In this document: positions 25,772-35,934 of the stretch, one piece after another
Numbering within the stretch: the first letter of the stretch is position 1
Layout of the letters: each line of letters starts with the position of its first letter
Source of the DNA: a bacterium
GTDB lineage: Bacteria > UBA10199 > 2-02-FULL-44-16 > JAAZCA01
Assembly (NCBI GenBank): GCA_041658465.1
Contig: JBBAAC010000002.1
Span: 1-48,771 of the forward strand
Length of the DNA: 48,771 bases
Reading direction: 5' to 3'
The notes under the pieces: model-generated
Told to the model about the DNA's origin: nothing
What the model saw: the letters and a program-made list of their open reading frames with translations, nothing else
The model's database searches: none
Translations under genes and position numbers: made by a program

Positions 25772-27720
25772 CTATCGCTCGCCTCCCCTGCGGAATTGCC
25801 TGAGACGCTCTTCCACAGCTCCAGCGCGGAGCGCTCGCCCGACTCACCCTGCCCTGCGGTCCCGTGCACTATATCGTGATAGCGCTGCATCATGGCGCCC
25901 ACGATCGGGGCCGCGGCCGCGGCTCCGAACCCTCCGTGCTCCACCACCACGGCCATCGCGATTTCAGGGACATCCGTGGGCGAGAAGCCGATGAACCATG
26001 CGTGATCCTTGCAAATGTCGCTGCGGCATACCGCATTGCCGTCGAGCTGGATCACCTGCGCGGTCCCGGTCTTTCCGCCCATTGAGACCTTGTACGTCGA
26101 GAGCCTGTGCGCCGTACCGCCGGCCTCATTCACAACGCCGACCATGCCGGACTTCACGGTCTCAAGCACCTTTGGATCTATCGCAATCCGCTTCTCCTCA
26201 GGCGGCGTCCACTTGTAAGTGAGATTTGCATCGACATCGTATGCCTCATCCACGAGATGCAGTTGTATCTCCTTGCCGCCGTTCGCGATATGCGCCGCGA
26301 GCATGGCGTTCTGGATCGGCGTGACCACGTCGTAGCCCTGTCCGACAGAGATAGAGAGGTCCTCGCCCTTCTGCCACGGCACGCCGAACCGCTTCTCCTT
26401 CCACTCGGATGTCGGCATTAGACCGTCGCGCTCTCCGGCAAGCGGCACCCCTGTCTTGTGGCCGAGCCCCAGGAGGTTCGCATACTTGGCGATTCGATCC
26501 ACTCCGAGACGTAGCCCCATATTATAGAAGAAGACGTCGCACGAAGAGACGATGGCGCGGTGTATGTCGATCGCGCCGTGCCCTCCCTTTGCCCAGCAAT
26601 GATAGGGCCTGCCGCCGTAGACGAGGGCGCCGCCGCATATGACCTTTTCATCCGGCTTCACTACGCCCTCGGAGAGGGCTGCCGTCGCGGTGACGATCTT
26701 GAACGTGGAGCCCGGAGGATAGCCTCCCTGTATCGCGCGGTTCAGGAGATATTTCTCAGGCGCGCCTGCGATCTGGTTCCAGTACTGTGTGCCGTCCGGC
26801 CCTGCCAACCGATTGAGATCATATGAAGGCGAGCTGAACATGGCTAGCACAGCGCCGTCGCGCGGGTCGATCGCCACCACAGCTCCCTTGCGGTCGCCAT
26901 AAAGGTCGCGCGCCAGTTCCTGCAGATCGCGATCCAGCGTGAGTTTCAGGGACTGACCCGCCACGGCGTAGTGCTGGACGAGCTGCGACGCTATACCTTC
27001 GTAGTCGACCTCGCGGCCCACCGCGTCCACCACGTGCTCCTCGTATCCGTCCTGACCGCGCAGCTCGCGGTCCCATTGTTCCTCAAGGCCGCGGATGCCC
27101 ACCGTATCTCCAATGTGGTAAATGCCGGGGTGTTTCTCGCGCTCCGCCTCGAGTCGTTCCGGGTTGATCTCGCGTACGTATCCGAGCACGTGAGTCGCTA
27201 TGTTCGACTCCGGGTAAGTCCTCTCATATCGAACTTCAACGTCCACGCCGCGCAGGTCGAATGGATCGCGCTTGTCGTACCAGGGATTCTTATGGGAACG
27301 AATGAGAGCAACTGCCTCCATCGTCGCGTCCTTCTCGATCACAAGTGGCTGGTACGACGGCTGAAGCCTGCGCTTCTCCCAAGCCGCCTCTATATCGCTT
27401 CGGGGGATGGCGAGAAGGCGCGAGAGCGAATTCATCATGCCATCCGGATCGACTACATATTGCGGCACAGCCACGACATTGAAGGAAGGACGGTTATCCA
27501 CCAGCACTTGACCGCGGCGGTCGAATATCATGCCTCGCACGGCGGGCACGCGGATCGCCTTGATGCTGTTCTCAGTCGAGAAGAAGTGATAAAAGTTGCC
27601 GCGTATGACCTGCAGGTAATAGAGTCGCGCGGCGACGACCAGAAAAAGGAGTAGCACCGCGATATACGCGTACTTGAATCGATGCTCGATATCCTGTGTG
27701 TATTCTTGAACTAGTCTCAT
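25768..27720 (-). CDS. mrdA: Penicillin-binding protein 2 (elongasome transpeptidase)
   Basis: N-terminal TM segment, a dimerisation domain, and a transpeptidase domain with STFK and KTGTA. Start set to ATG 27718-27720. The listed 27729 start is TTG inside the repeat. Confidence 0.9.
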   Translation of the reverse strand: MRLVQEYTQDIEHRFKYAYIAVLLLFLVVAARLYYLQVIRGNFYHFFSTENSIKAIRVPAVRGMIFDRRGQVLVDNRPSFNVVAVPQYVVDPDGMMNSLSRLLAIPRSDIEAAWEKRRLQPSYQPLVIEKDATMEAVALIRSHKNPWYDKRDPFDLRGVDVEVRYERTYPESNIATHVLGYVREINPERLEAEREKHPGIYHIGDTVGIRGLEEQWDRELRGQDGYEEHVVDAVGREVDYEGIASQLVQHYAVAGQSLKLTLDRDLQELARDLYGDRKGAVVAIDPRDGAVLAMFSSPSYDLNRLAGPDGTQYWNQIAGAPEKYLLNRAIQGGYPPGSTFKIVTATAALSEGVVKPDEKVICGGALVYGGRPYHCWAKGGHGAIDIHRAIVSSCDVFFYNMGLRLGVDRIAKYANLLGLGHKTGVPLAGERDGLMPTSEWKEKRFGVPWQKGEDLSISVGQGYDVVTPIQNAMLAAHIANGGKEIQLHLVDEAYDVDANLTYKWTPPEEKRIAIDPKVLETVKSGMVGVVNEAGGTAHRLSTYKVSMGGKTGTAQVIQLDGNAVCRSDICKDHAWFIGFSPTDVPEIAMAVVVEHGGFGAAAAAPIVGAMMQRYHDIVHGTAGQGESGERSALELWKSVSGNSAGEASDR

Positions 27721-27721
27721 A

Positions 27722-27875
27722 AATTCCAAATCCTAAATCCAAAATCCAAATGCCTAAACAAATCCTAATGACCAATGACGAATGACCAAACAAATCTCAA
27801 TGGCGACATTATCTGGGCATTTTGATTTAGTCATTGGACATTGTTTAGATATTTGGATTTAGTCATTAGTCATTT
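27722..27875. repeat. Heptamer-word hairpin (AAATCCA / AATGACC family) filling the mrdA-mreD spacer
   Basis: The period-7 run AAATTCC AAATCCT AAATCCA AAATCCA AATGCCT AAACAAA TCCTAAT GACCAAT GACGAAT GACCAAA faces GATTTAGTCATTGGACATTGTTTAGATATTTGGATTTAGTCAT. About 27/34 positions are complementary in the best register. It shares the 12-mer CTAAACAAATCC (27754-27765) with 12375-12386. Confidence 0.75.
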
Positions 27876-28409
27876 TTATTTCGGCATCTCACGCCACTGC
27901 AGCCCCTTGGGCTTGCGAATCTTCTCCCAGGTAAGACCCCAATAACGCGTGAGCAGCGGGACGATAAAAAGGCCGCCCGCTGCGTCGAGGAGCGCCTGCG
28001 CAGGGGCGCGTTCGATCATGATCCCGGGCACGGTCATCTTTCCGGTCGATACCATCATGACGAGCGCGCACACGAATTTGTCGAGGAGGCTTAAGATCGC
28101 CACCCAGAAGAGCAGCGCGATCCCCTCCTGGAACGAGATCTTCGCGATGATGGCGCGCACGAAAGAATAGATGACTAGGTACGAGAGAACGGACATGCCG
28201 AACGGCCCGCCCGATGAAACGTCCACAAGTATGCCGTAGAACACGATCACCGGCACCGCCATGCGCCGCTCCTGATAGAACGAGAGAGCAGCCACTGCAG
28301 GTATGATGAGGTCAAACCGAAGCATCTGCGCGGGCCAGCCGGCAAGAAATGTGGTCTCGAACACGACCGCAGCGAGCCCATAGGCTGCCATGAGTAGAAA
28401 GAAGCGCAT
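27876..28409 (-). CDS. mreD: Rod-shape-determining protein MreD
   Basis: 177-aa polytopic membrane protein directly downstream of mreC. The call rests on position and hydrophobicity. Confidence 0.8.
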   Translation of the reverse strand: MRFFLLMAAYGLAAVVFETTFLAGWPAQMLRFDLIIPAVAALSFYQERRMAVPVIVFYGILVDVSSGGPFGMSVLSYLVIYSFVRAIIAKISFQEGIALLFWVAILSLLDKFVCALVMMVSTGKMTVPGIMIERAPAQALLDAAGGLFIVPLLTRYWGLTWEKIRKPKGLQWREMPK

Positions 28410-29282
28410 CTACCGCTCCATAGCGAAGTCCGGCGAGGACTGCTCAGCAGTGCTGAGGATGACCAGCACCTCCTGCAACTCTGCCATGTTCTCGAACGGG
28501 ATAATATTTGCCTCCGTGAAGACGCCGTAGCGCGATGCGGAGATATCGGTCACAGTCCCGATCGGAATGCCGGCCGGAAAGACCCTGTCCAGCCCGGAGG
28601 TTACAACCACGTCGCCGTCGCGAATGTCGCTCACGCGCCTTAAGTACTCAAGCCTCGCAATGTAGAAGCCGGTCTTGAGCTCGGTGCGCCATGCGGCACC
28701 CTGGACCACGCCGCGCGCTCGCGAGCGCTGCACCATAGCATCTATGGAGCTGTTGGGATCGGTGAGCAGGAGCACCCTCGAATATCCAGCCGTCACGGTG
28801 CCGACCCTGCCGACCAGGCCGCGGGGACCCAGCACGGCCATGAGCGGCTGCACGCCGTCGTTCGAGCCTTTGTCTATAGTTATGCTCTTGAATTCCGCAC
28901 GAGGATCGTTTGCTATGACCCTGGCTGCGGCGGTCTTCTGTGGGAGGGATTCCTTGTAGTCGAGCAGCGCGCGGAGCCTCTTGTTCTCTTCCTCGGTCTC
29001 GCCAAGCCTCATGAGCGAGCCCTCGAGTTCGGCGACGCGCCTGGAGAGTTGCGCCCGCTCCTCCTCCACGCCGATGAGCGACACATACCGCTGCCATGCG
29101 CCCTTGACTCCCCCGATGATGCCGCTCACAAACTGCTGCGGCGGAGAGACGAGGTTCCAGAACGCCTCTTCATACCACGGCGCACGGCGCATCTGCAGAG
29201 AGGTAAGCGAGAAAAAAATGAGCGCGAGTATGACGGGTATAATGAAGGGAAGAAGTCTTGTTTTTTTCTGGATCAGCGCCAT
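28410..29282 (-). CDS. mreC: Rod-shape-determining protein MreC
   Basis: N-terminal TM segment, a coiled coil (LSRRVAELEGSL..EENKRLRALL) and beta-barrel domains. Confidence 0.9.
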   Translation of the reverse strand: MALIQKKTRLLPFIIPVILALIFFSLTSLQMRRAPWYEEAFWNLVSPPQQFVSGIIGGVKGAWQRYVSLIGVEEERAQLSRRVAELEGSLMRLGETEEENKRLRALLDYKESLPQKTAAARVIANDPRAEFKSITIDKGSNDGVQPLMAVLGPRGLVGRVGTVTAGYSRVLLLTDPNSSIDAMVQRSRARGVVQGAAWRTELKTGFYIARLEYLRRVSDIRDGDVVVTSGLDRVFPAGIPIGTVTDISASRYGVFTEANIIPFENMAELQEVLVILSTAEQSSPDFAMER

Positions 29283-29284
29283 TA

Positions 29285-29384
29285 AAAACCCGTGCGATCG
29301 TGCGATAGTACGTTCGTGCGTTCGTAATACCTTGGACAGGTTTTACGATCGCACGAGAGTACGATCGCACCAACGCACGGTTTT
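29285..29384. repeat. Octamer-word hairpin (GTGCGATC / GTGCGTTC family) filling the mreB-mreC spacer
   Basis: The period-8 run CGTGCGAT CGTGCGAT AGTACGTT CGTGCGTT lies in the left arm. Arms 29285-29327 and 29343-29384 are complementary at 36 of 42 aligned positions, with a 15-nt loop. Confidence 0.8.
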
Positions 29385-29389
29385 GCGAT

Positions 29390-30439
<1,050 letters not shown>

Positions 30440-30603
30440 CTAAATTTGTTTATGATGGATTGCTTGAAATTGTAAATTGAACGGCCCCGTCTAACAGGTC
30501 ACTTTTGAAAGATCAACAAAATTGTTGATTTATAAGAACTCATCAGGTAGGAGGCCGCAGGTCAAACAGGGGCTAATACCCCTCCGACCACGGAGGTCCT
30601 TTC

Positions 30604-31620
30604 ATGCTCGACGTCCTGCGAAAACATGCCTCATCCTGGCTCATAAAGCTCATCCTCGGGGCGATCGTTATCTCATTTGTCTTCTTTTTCGGCTACAGCT
30701 CGATGCGGAAGACCTCCCGAACAGGCAAGATCGGTGACGTGAGCGCGGTCGCCAGCGTAAACGGGTCCCCCATCCCCACGCCCGAGTACCAGTTCTTCCT
30801 TGACCGCAACTACGAGAGGCTTCGCGCATCGTTCCAGGGCAAGGAGATGCCGGAATTCGGCCGCAAGATGGCTGAATCAGCGACCATGCAGCAGATGGTG
30901 GGCAGGGAGCTTGCGCAGCAGGAAGCGGATGCGATGGGCATTGTCATCCCGGATGCGGAGCTGGCGGATGCCATCAGAAGCACCCCGGCGGCGCAGAAGG
31001 ACGGCGAGTTCGATCCCATCCATTATAAGCATGAGTTTCTTCCCTACTTCAGGAATCGTTTTGGCCTGGATTACGAGCGGCTGATCCTGCAGGACCTCCG
31101 CTCTCAGGCCCTGGAATCCACGTTCCAGAACGTGGATCGCGATATCGCGAAAAAGGAGCTGGAGGCCCAAACCGACAACGGGTCGTGGACATTCGAGGTC
31201 GTAGTATTCGATCCGAAGGCGATGACCGAATCCGGTGCCGTCAAGTCGCCAGAGGAAGCGACCCAGGCGGCACAGATGCTCATCTCCGCTGATCCGCGCT
31301 CATGGAAAGGCATGCTGACCCCGCTAAAGCTCGCCGCAAAGAAAGTCGGGCCAATTTCGGTTCGAGAGCGCGCAGGGATACTCGAAGGCCAGGGGACGTT
31401 TGAAGACTATAAGAATATCTTCATGCTCACGAAGGAGCATCCGGTCATAGGCAAGCCCATCGAGCGCAGCGGCAAATTCTACGTCGTGCACCTGGTCGAG
31501 ATGGTCAAGCCTGGAAAGGCCTCTGCCGGCCCGTGGCCGGGGAGCGAATTTTTCCGCGCGTGGATGATGAAAATGGCCGAGAAGGCAAAGGTCGTGAGCT
31601 ATCTCAAGGAAGAAAAGTGA
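30604..31620 (+). CDS. PpiD/SurA-N-terminal-domain periplasmic chaperone-like protein (no parvulin domain)
   Basis: N-terminal anchor MLDVLRKHASSWLIKLILGAIVISFVFFFG followed by a SurA_N-like helical region. At 338 aa it is too short for a rotamase domain. Confidence 0.65.
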   Translation: MLDVLRKHASSWLIKLILGAIVISFVFFFGYSSMRKTSRTGKIGDVSAVASVNGSPIPTPEYQFFLDRNYERLRASFQGKEMPEFGRKMAESATMQQMVGRELAQQEADAMGIVIPDAELADAIRSTPAAQKDGEFDPIHYKHEFLPYFRNRFGLDYERLILQDLRSQALESTFQNVDRDIAKKELEAQTDNGSWTFEVVVFDPKAMTESGAVKSPEEATQAAQMLISADPRSWKGMLTPLKLAAKKVGPISVRERAGILEGQGTFEDYKNIFMLTKEHPVIGKPIERSGKFYVVHLVEMVKPGKASAGPWPGSEFFRAWMMKMAEKAKVVSYLKEEK

Positions 31621-31647
31621 ACGGTCGGGGAGCATCCTCGACCGTTC
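31619..31647 (+). terminator. Stem-loop immediately after the ppiD-like stop (no U-tract)
   Basis: GAACGGTCG (31619-31627) pairs with CGACCGTTC (31639-31647) across an 11-nt loop. No T-run follows, so this is a weak terminator or processing site at best. Confidence 0.3.
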
Positions 31648-31718
31648 ATCCTGAGCGAAGCCCCGCTGATGCCCTTGACACATTATCGGGGCGGAGTCGA
31701 AGGATCCAATTTCCCGCG

Positions 31719-33164
31719 ATGCAGAGTACCCAAATCAACAGCGACGTCGCCGTCTTTCTCCGCACTCTCCGTGAGGCGGGCGGCGAGGTGTACGAGGTCG
31801 GGGGCCCGGTACGCGACAGGCTCATGGGCCGTTCCGTAAAAGACCACGACCTGCTCTGCCGCCACCTCAGCATGAAGAGGATATCCGCCCTGCTCGCCCG
31901 CTGCGGCAAGGTCGCGGCGGTCGGCAAATCGTTCGGCGTCATCAAGTTCACACCGAATGCAGCGCCGCATCTCACGATCGACATCGCGCTGCCGCGCCGC
32001 GAGCGCTCGACCGGCACCGGGCATCGCGACTTTGATGTGGATTATGACCCTGAGATGCCGGTCGAAGAGGACCTGGGCCGCCGCGATTTCACGATCAACG
32101 CCATGGCGCTCTCCCTCGAAGACGGAAAGCTGATCGATCCGTTCGGAGGCAGGGCCGATCTCGATCGCCGCATTCTCAAGATGGTCTTCCCGAGGGCTTT
32201 TGAGGAAGACCCCCTTCGCCTCGTCCGCGCGGTACAGTTTGCCGCGCGATTCAACCTGAAGATCGAGCCTGAGACGTGGGAGGCCATGAAGGAATGCGCC
32301 CCGCTCATCGCCACGGTGTCTGCGGAGCGCATAGGCATCGAGCTGGCAAAGCTCATGACGGCCGAGAAGCCGTCGATCGGTTTTGATCTCATGCTCCGCA
32401 CCGGCATACTCGAGCACGTGCTGCCGGAGCTGGTCGCGGTCAAGGGTATAGAGCAGGACAAGCAGCCGGGCGACGACGTGCTCTTCCACACGATGAGGGC
32501 GCTCGACGCTGCCCGCGGCGACGAGGTCGTCGAGAACCGGGGCGACCTCAACCTCATGTTCGCGGTGCTCCTCCACGATATCGGGAAGGCCAGGACTGCT
32601 CGTTTCCATGCCCCGTCAAAGCGCGTGGTGTTCTTCGGCCATCAGCTCGTGTCGGCAAGGCTCACTCGCAAGATCATCGACAGGCTCAAGCTCTCGACGA
32701 TCGGCGTCTCAGCGGAGCGCGTCCTGCCGCTGATCGAGAACCACATGTTCGAGACAAAGTCGTCGTTTACCGACCGCGCGATCAGGCGCTTTGTGGCAAA
32801 GGTCGGCGTGGATCTCATATTCCCGCTCCTCGACCTGCGAATTGCTGACAACCGCGGAGGCAAGCACCCCCATGGAATCAAGGGCGTGCTGCGGCTCCGC
32901 TCGCGAATCAAGGAAGAGATAGCCAAGAAGCCGCCTTTCGGGCCGAAGGATCTGGCTATCAACGGCCATGACCTCATGGCGATCGGCATCCCCGAGGGGC
33001 CTGCCCTGGGCGCAATACTGGCAGAGCTCGTTGAACGGGTGCTGGACGAACCTCTGCAGAATACCAAGGAAGGACTCCTTGCGCTTGCACGCGAAATAGT
33101 GGAAAATCCCGCCTCAGTACAGCAGGCAATAGAGCGGCACCGCAAGTCGCGGGAGGGAGAATGA
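31719..33164 (+). CDS. cca: CCA-adding enzyme / poly(A) polymerase-family tRNA nucleotidyltransferase with HD domain
   Basis: GGPVRDRLMG..DHDL head domain and LLHDIGK HD motif. Start moved to ATG 31719 (MQSTQINS). The listed 62-aa extension overlaps the upstream gene. Confidence 0.85.
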   Translation: MQSTQINSDVAVFLRTLREAGGEVYEVGGPVRDRLMGRSVKDHDLLCRHLSMKRISALLARCGKVAAVGKSFGVIKFTPNAAPHLTIDIALPRRERSTGTGHRDFDVDYDPEMPVEEDLGRRDFTINAMALSLEDGKLIDPFGGRADLDRRILKMVFPRAFEEDPLRLVRAVQFAARFNLKIEPETWEAMKECAPLIATVSAERIGIELAKLMTAEKPSIGFDLMLRTGILEHVLPELVAVKGIEQDKQPGDDVLFHTMRALDAARGDEVVENRGDLNLMFAVLLHDIGKARTARFHAPSKRVVFFGHQLVSARLTRKIIDRLKLSTIGVSAERVLPLIENHMFETKSSFTDRAIRRFVAKVGVDLIFPLLDLRIADNRGGKHPHGIKGVLRLRSRIKEEIAKKPPFGPKDLAINGHDLMAIGIPEGPALGAILAELVERVLDEPLQNTKEGLLALAREIVENPASVQQAIERHRKSREGE

Positions 33165-33625
33165 CAAAAAAATCTAACCCGGAGAAGGCGGCCAAGCACG
33201 AGAGCATGGGCGATGAGCTCATGGGCAAGGGAAAGCCCAAGAAGGCCCTGGCTCAATATCGCAAGGCGCTCGAGTGCCACCCCGACCGCGCGGGCATATT
33301 CGATAAACTCATAAAGGCGAAGGACGAGATCGGCGGCGACTGGAAGATGGACGACTTCGCCGAATCCGTCTCATGGACCATGGGCAAGCAGGAGCAGGAG
33401 AACCCGCCGATCAAGCAGGTCCACGCGATGCTGTCGCCCGAGTGGAAGCAGGCCACGGAGCTGGCGCTCAAGATCCTGTCAGAGCCGGCAGGCGCGGAAT
33501 CAGGGGATGAAATCGAGAAGCTCGTCGGCATGGGCGATGTCTCGACGCGCGCCCTTATCGCAATTTTGCTGAGCCTGAAGGCGGGTCCGGAACAAAAATC
33601 TGATGAGACAGTAAGCGCGAAATAA
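33161..33625 (+). CDS. Hypothetical protein (single TPR-like helix pair)
   Basis: ATGA overlap with the cca stop suggests coupling. KALAQYRKALECHPDRAGIFDKLIKA is TPR-like. I recognise no family. Confidence 0.5.
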   Translation: MTKKSNPEKAAKHESMGDELMGKGKPKKALAQYRKALECHPDRAGIFDKLIKAKDEIGGDWKMDDFAESVSWTMGKQEQENPPIKQVHAMLSPEWKQATELALKILSEPAGAESGDEIEKLVGMGDVSTRALIAILLSLKAGPEQKSDETVSAK

Positions 33626-33636
33626 GAGGGGTATTA

Positions 33637-34260
33637 ATGAAAAATCACACAAAGGTCATCGGGTTGACCGGTAACATAGGCACCGGCAAGTCGACCGTCG
33701 CCTGGATGATGGGCGAGCTGGGGGTGCCAGTGCTGGACGCCGACGAGATCGCGCACGAGGTCATCGCGCCGCACAGCGCGGCCTGGAAAGCGATCTTCGA
33801 ACGCTATGGCAGGACGGTGATGCGCGACGACAACGTCATCGATCGCGCAGCCCTCGCACGGATCGTCTTTCAGGACCCGATCGAGCGCAAGTTCCTCGAG
33901 TCCGTGATACATCCGCACGTGAAGGAGGCGATCGAGCACCGTGTGGCAGATTACGCGCGCAAGGGGCATCAGTTCGTCCTCGTCGAGGTCCCCCTCCTCT
34001 TCGAGGCGCGGTGGGAAGATGAGTTCGATGCCGTGATAGTGGTCCGCAGCAACGAGGAGCAGGAGATCGAGCGCTGCAAGGAGAAGTTCGGCATGACCCG
34101 CGAGGAGACGATGCTGAGGCTGGGGGCGCAGTATCCGCTCGCGCGCAAGGTCGCGGCAGCGGACGCCGTGATCGACAACGACGGCACGATCGAGGAGACG
34201 CGGGTGCAGGTCAACCGGCTGCATCAGGAGATGGTCAAAGGAAATTTTCCGAAGAAATAA
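33637..34260 (+). CDS. coaE: Dephospho-CoA kinase
   Basis: P-loop IGLTGNIGTGKST. 207 aa. Confidence 0.9.
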   Translation: MKNHTKVIGLTGNIGTGKSTVAWMMGELGVPVLDADEIAHEVIAPHSAAWKAIFERYGRTVMRDDNVIDRAALARIVFQDPIERKFLESVIHPHVKEAIEHRVADYARKGHQFVLVEVPLLFEARWEDEFDAVIVVRSNEEQEIERCKEKFGMTREETMLRLGAQYPLARKVAAADAVIDNDGTIEETRVQVNRLHQEMVKGNFPKK

Positions 34261-34264
34261 ATTG

Positions 34265-34288
34265 GTGCGTTCGTGCGTTCGTGCGCTC
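34265..34288. repeat. Tandem octamer repeat (GTGCGTTC x3)
   Basis: GTGCGTTC GTGCGTTC GTGCGCTC. It shares the 15-mer CGTTCGTGCGTTCGT (34268-34282) with 29311-29325. No opposing arm. Confidence 0.75.
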
Positions 34289-34305
34289 GTAAAGGAGGGT
34301 GCCTT

Positions 34306-34701
34306 ATGAAAAGGATCGGAATTGCAGCGATGCTGGTTGCAGCGCTTTGCATCTCGGCCTGCGTCCAAAAGGCTCCCGTCACGGCCAACGAACGGGAGCT
34401 GACAGTAGGCTTGGTCCAGAGGGATATAAAGGTCGGGATGTCGCAGGCAGATGTCGCAGAGGCCCTGGGCTCTCCCAACATCGTGACAAAAGACGCCAAC
34501 GAGAAGGAGACCTGGATCTATGACAAGATCGCCTCTGAGGCGTCCTACTCGCAGAGCGGCGGCTACTGGACCCTCATACTCGTGGGCGGCAGCTGGGGAT
34601 CAGGGCGGTCGCAATCAACGCAGAAGACGCTGACCGTGATAATCAAGTTCGACAAGAGAAGCCGCGTTGAGACGGTCTCGTATCACGCGACGAAATTCTG
34701 A
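34306..34701 (+). CDS. Lipoprotein, BamE/SmpA-OmlA-like
   Basis: Start at ATG 34306 with AAAGGAGGG 6 nt upstream. Lipobox LCISAC. The region VGMSQADVAEALGSPN..ETWIYD resembles the SmpA/OmlA fold. Confidence 0.55.
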   Translation: MKRIGIAAMLVAALCISACVQKAPVTANERELTVGLVQRDIKVGMSQADVAEALGSPNIVTKDANEKETWIYDKIASEASYSQSGGYWTLILVGGSWGSGRSQSTQKTLTVIIKFDKRSRVETVSYHATKF

Positions 34702-34708
34702 ACACATT

Positions 34709-34788
34709 TCTCCCCCTTTGTAAGGGGAGGATAGGAGGGGTAGATCTCGCCTGATCTACCTCCCCTACCCCTCCTTACAAAGGAGGGG
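34709..34788. repeat. GGAGGGG-family dispersed repeat, long form
   Basis: 34737-34788 (GGGGTAGATCTCGCCTGATCTACCTCCCCTACCCCTCCTTACAAAGGAGGGG) matches the reverse complement of 20608-20657. The last 32 nt match 24603-24635. The upstream half CCCCCTTTGTAAGGGGAGG is a degenerate inverted partner. Confidence 0.85.
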
Positions 34789-34806
34789 TTTTATCGGAAA
34801 CTAACT

Positions 34807-35310
34807 ATGAAACGAAACCTTCTTCTGTTGTCTCTTTTCTTCATCGTCTCCGGCTGCGTCTGGGGCACGGCGAGCCCGCCAAAGACGCAGCTCGAGATCC
34901 GCGAGTTCCAGACGCGGGATTTCGACACAAAGGATGCAAAACTCGTCATCAAGGCGCTGCTCAATACGCTGCAGGATGACGGGTATACGATCAAGAACGC
35001 GGACGCGAACCTGGGATTCCTCTCAGCCACCAAAGAAATCGATCTTGGCGGAAGCCCCGGCTACATCTGGACGTGGGGAAACAACAACCCCAAGGAGGAG
35101 GCGCGCTGGCGCAAGCTCAAGGTGATCGACGCCACTGCAAACGTCACGGAGTTCGGCAACAAGACGCGCGTGCGCGTCTCATTCCAGGAGAAGATCCTCG
35201 ATAATCTGGGCGCTGTGATGGAGGCGCATCAGATCGACGACGCGAAGTTCTACCAGGACTTCTTCGTAAAGGTGGACAAGGGGATCTTCCTGCAGAAGGA
35301 AAAGCTGTGA
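34807..35310 (+). CDS. Lipoprotein (hypothetical)
   Basis: Signal peptide and lipobox LFFIVSGC. 167 aa, no family recognised. Confidence 0.55.
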   Translation: MKRNLLLLSLFFIVSGCVWGTASPPKTQLEIREFQTRDFDTKDAKLVIKALLNTLQDDGYTIKNADANLGFLSATKEIDLGGSPGYIWTWGNNNPKEEARWRKLKVIDATANVTEFGNKTRVRVSFQEKILDNLGAVMEAHQIDDAKFYQDFFVKVDKGIFLQKEKL

Positions 35311-35365
35311 ACCCAGCACTATTTATTGAATCTCACTCAGGACAACAGACGAAAGGGGGTTGCAG

Positions 35366-35836
35366 ATGAAGCTCATGAAGGCGAATGCGCGCGCGCTGTA
35401 TGTAATTTGGTTTATGATTCCGGTCTTGCTTCTTTTTGTTTCCGGGTGCGGCGGCGGAGGAACAGAAACCGCGACCGTCGACGTCACCGGCTCATGGAAT
35501 GTAACAGAGACCATTACAGAGTCGTCGGGCATTTGCGCGGTCAACGTACCTGTAGGCACGGTATCCATATGGAGCGCCGATGCGGTCCAGAACGGCAATA
35601 ACGTCACAGTTACCATTACAGCCGGCGACAATGTCGGATCGACATTTACCGGCACCATTTCGGGCAATCAGGTGGACTGGCACGGCACCTACTCCGGCGG
35701 TGGAGGCACTGTCACCATCACCGGCACGGATGTCACCGCTACCAGTACGACATTTAGCGGATCTTCCAGCTGGGAATGGACCGACGGCAACGACTCCTGC
35801 TCGGGCCAAACAACCGTGACCGGCAATAAGGTATAA
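35366..35836 (+). CDS. Lipoprotein, Gly/Thr-rich beta protein (hypothetical)
   Basis: ATG 35366 with AAGGGGG 6 nt upstream. Lipobox LLFVSGC followed by GGGG. The listed 35360 start is TTG. Confidence 0.55.
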   Translation: MKLMKANARALYVIWFMIPVLLLFVSGCGGGGTETATVDVTGSWNVTETITESSGICAVNVPVGTVSIWSADAVQNGNNVTVTITAGDNVGSTFTGTISGNQVDWHGTYSGGGGTVTITGTDVTATSTTFSGSSSWEWTDGNDSCSGQTTVTGNKV

Positions 35837-35853
35837 GTGCGACGAAGCGAGAA

Positions 35854-35881
35854 AAGGCCCTGCGGGCGACCGCAGGGCCTT
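35854..35881. terminator. Bidirectional stem-loop terminator between convergent genes
   Basis: AAGGCCCTGCGG-GCGA-CCGCAGGGCCTT (12-bp stem). On the minus strand it is followed by TTTTCTC, placing it downstream of pnp. Confidence 0.6.
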
Positions 35882-35934
35882 ATGCTTTCATGGGATCCTT
35901 CGCTGCGCTCAGGATGACCGCTCGCTCCTCGCGG

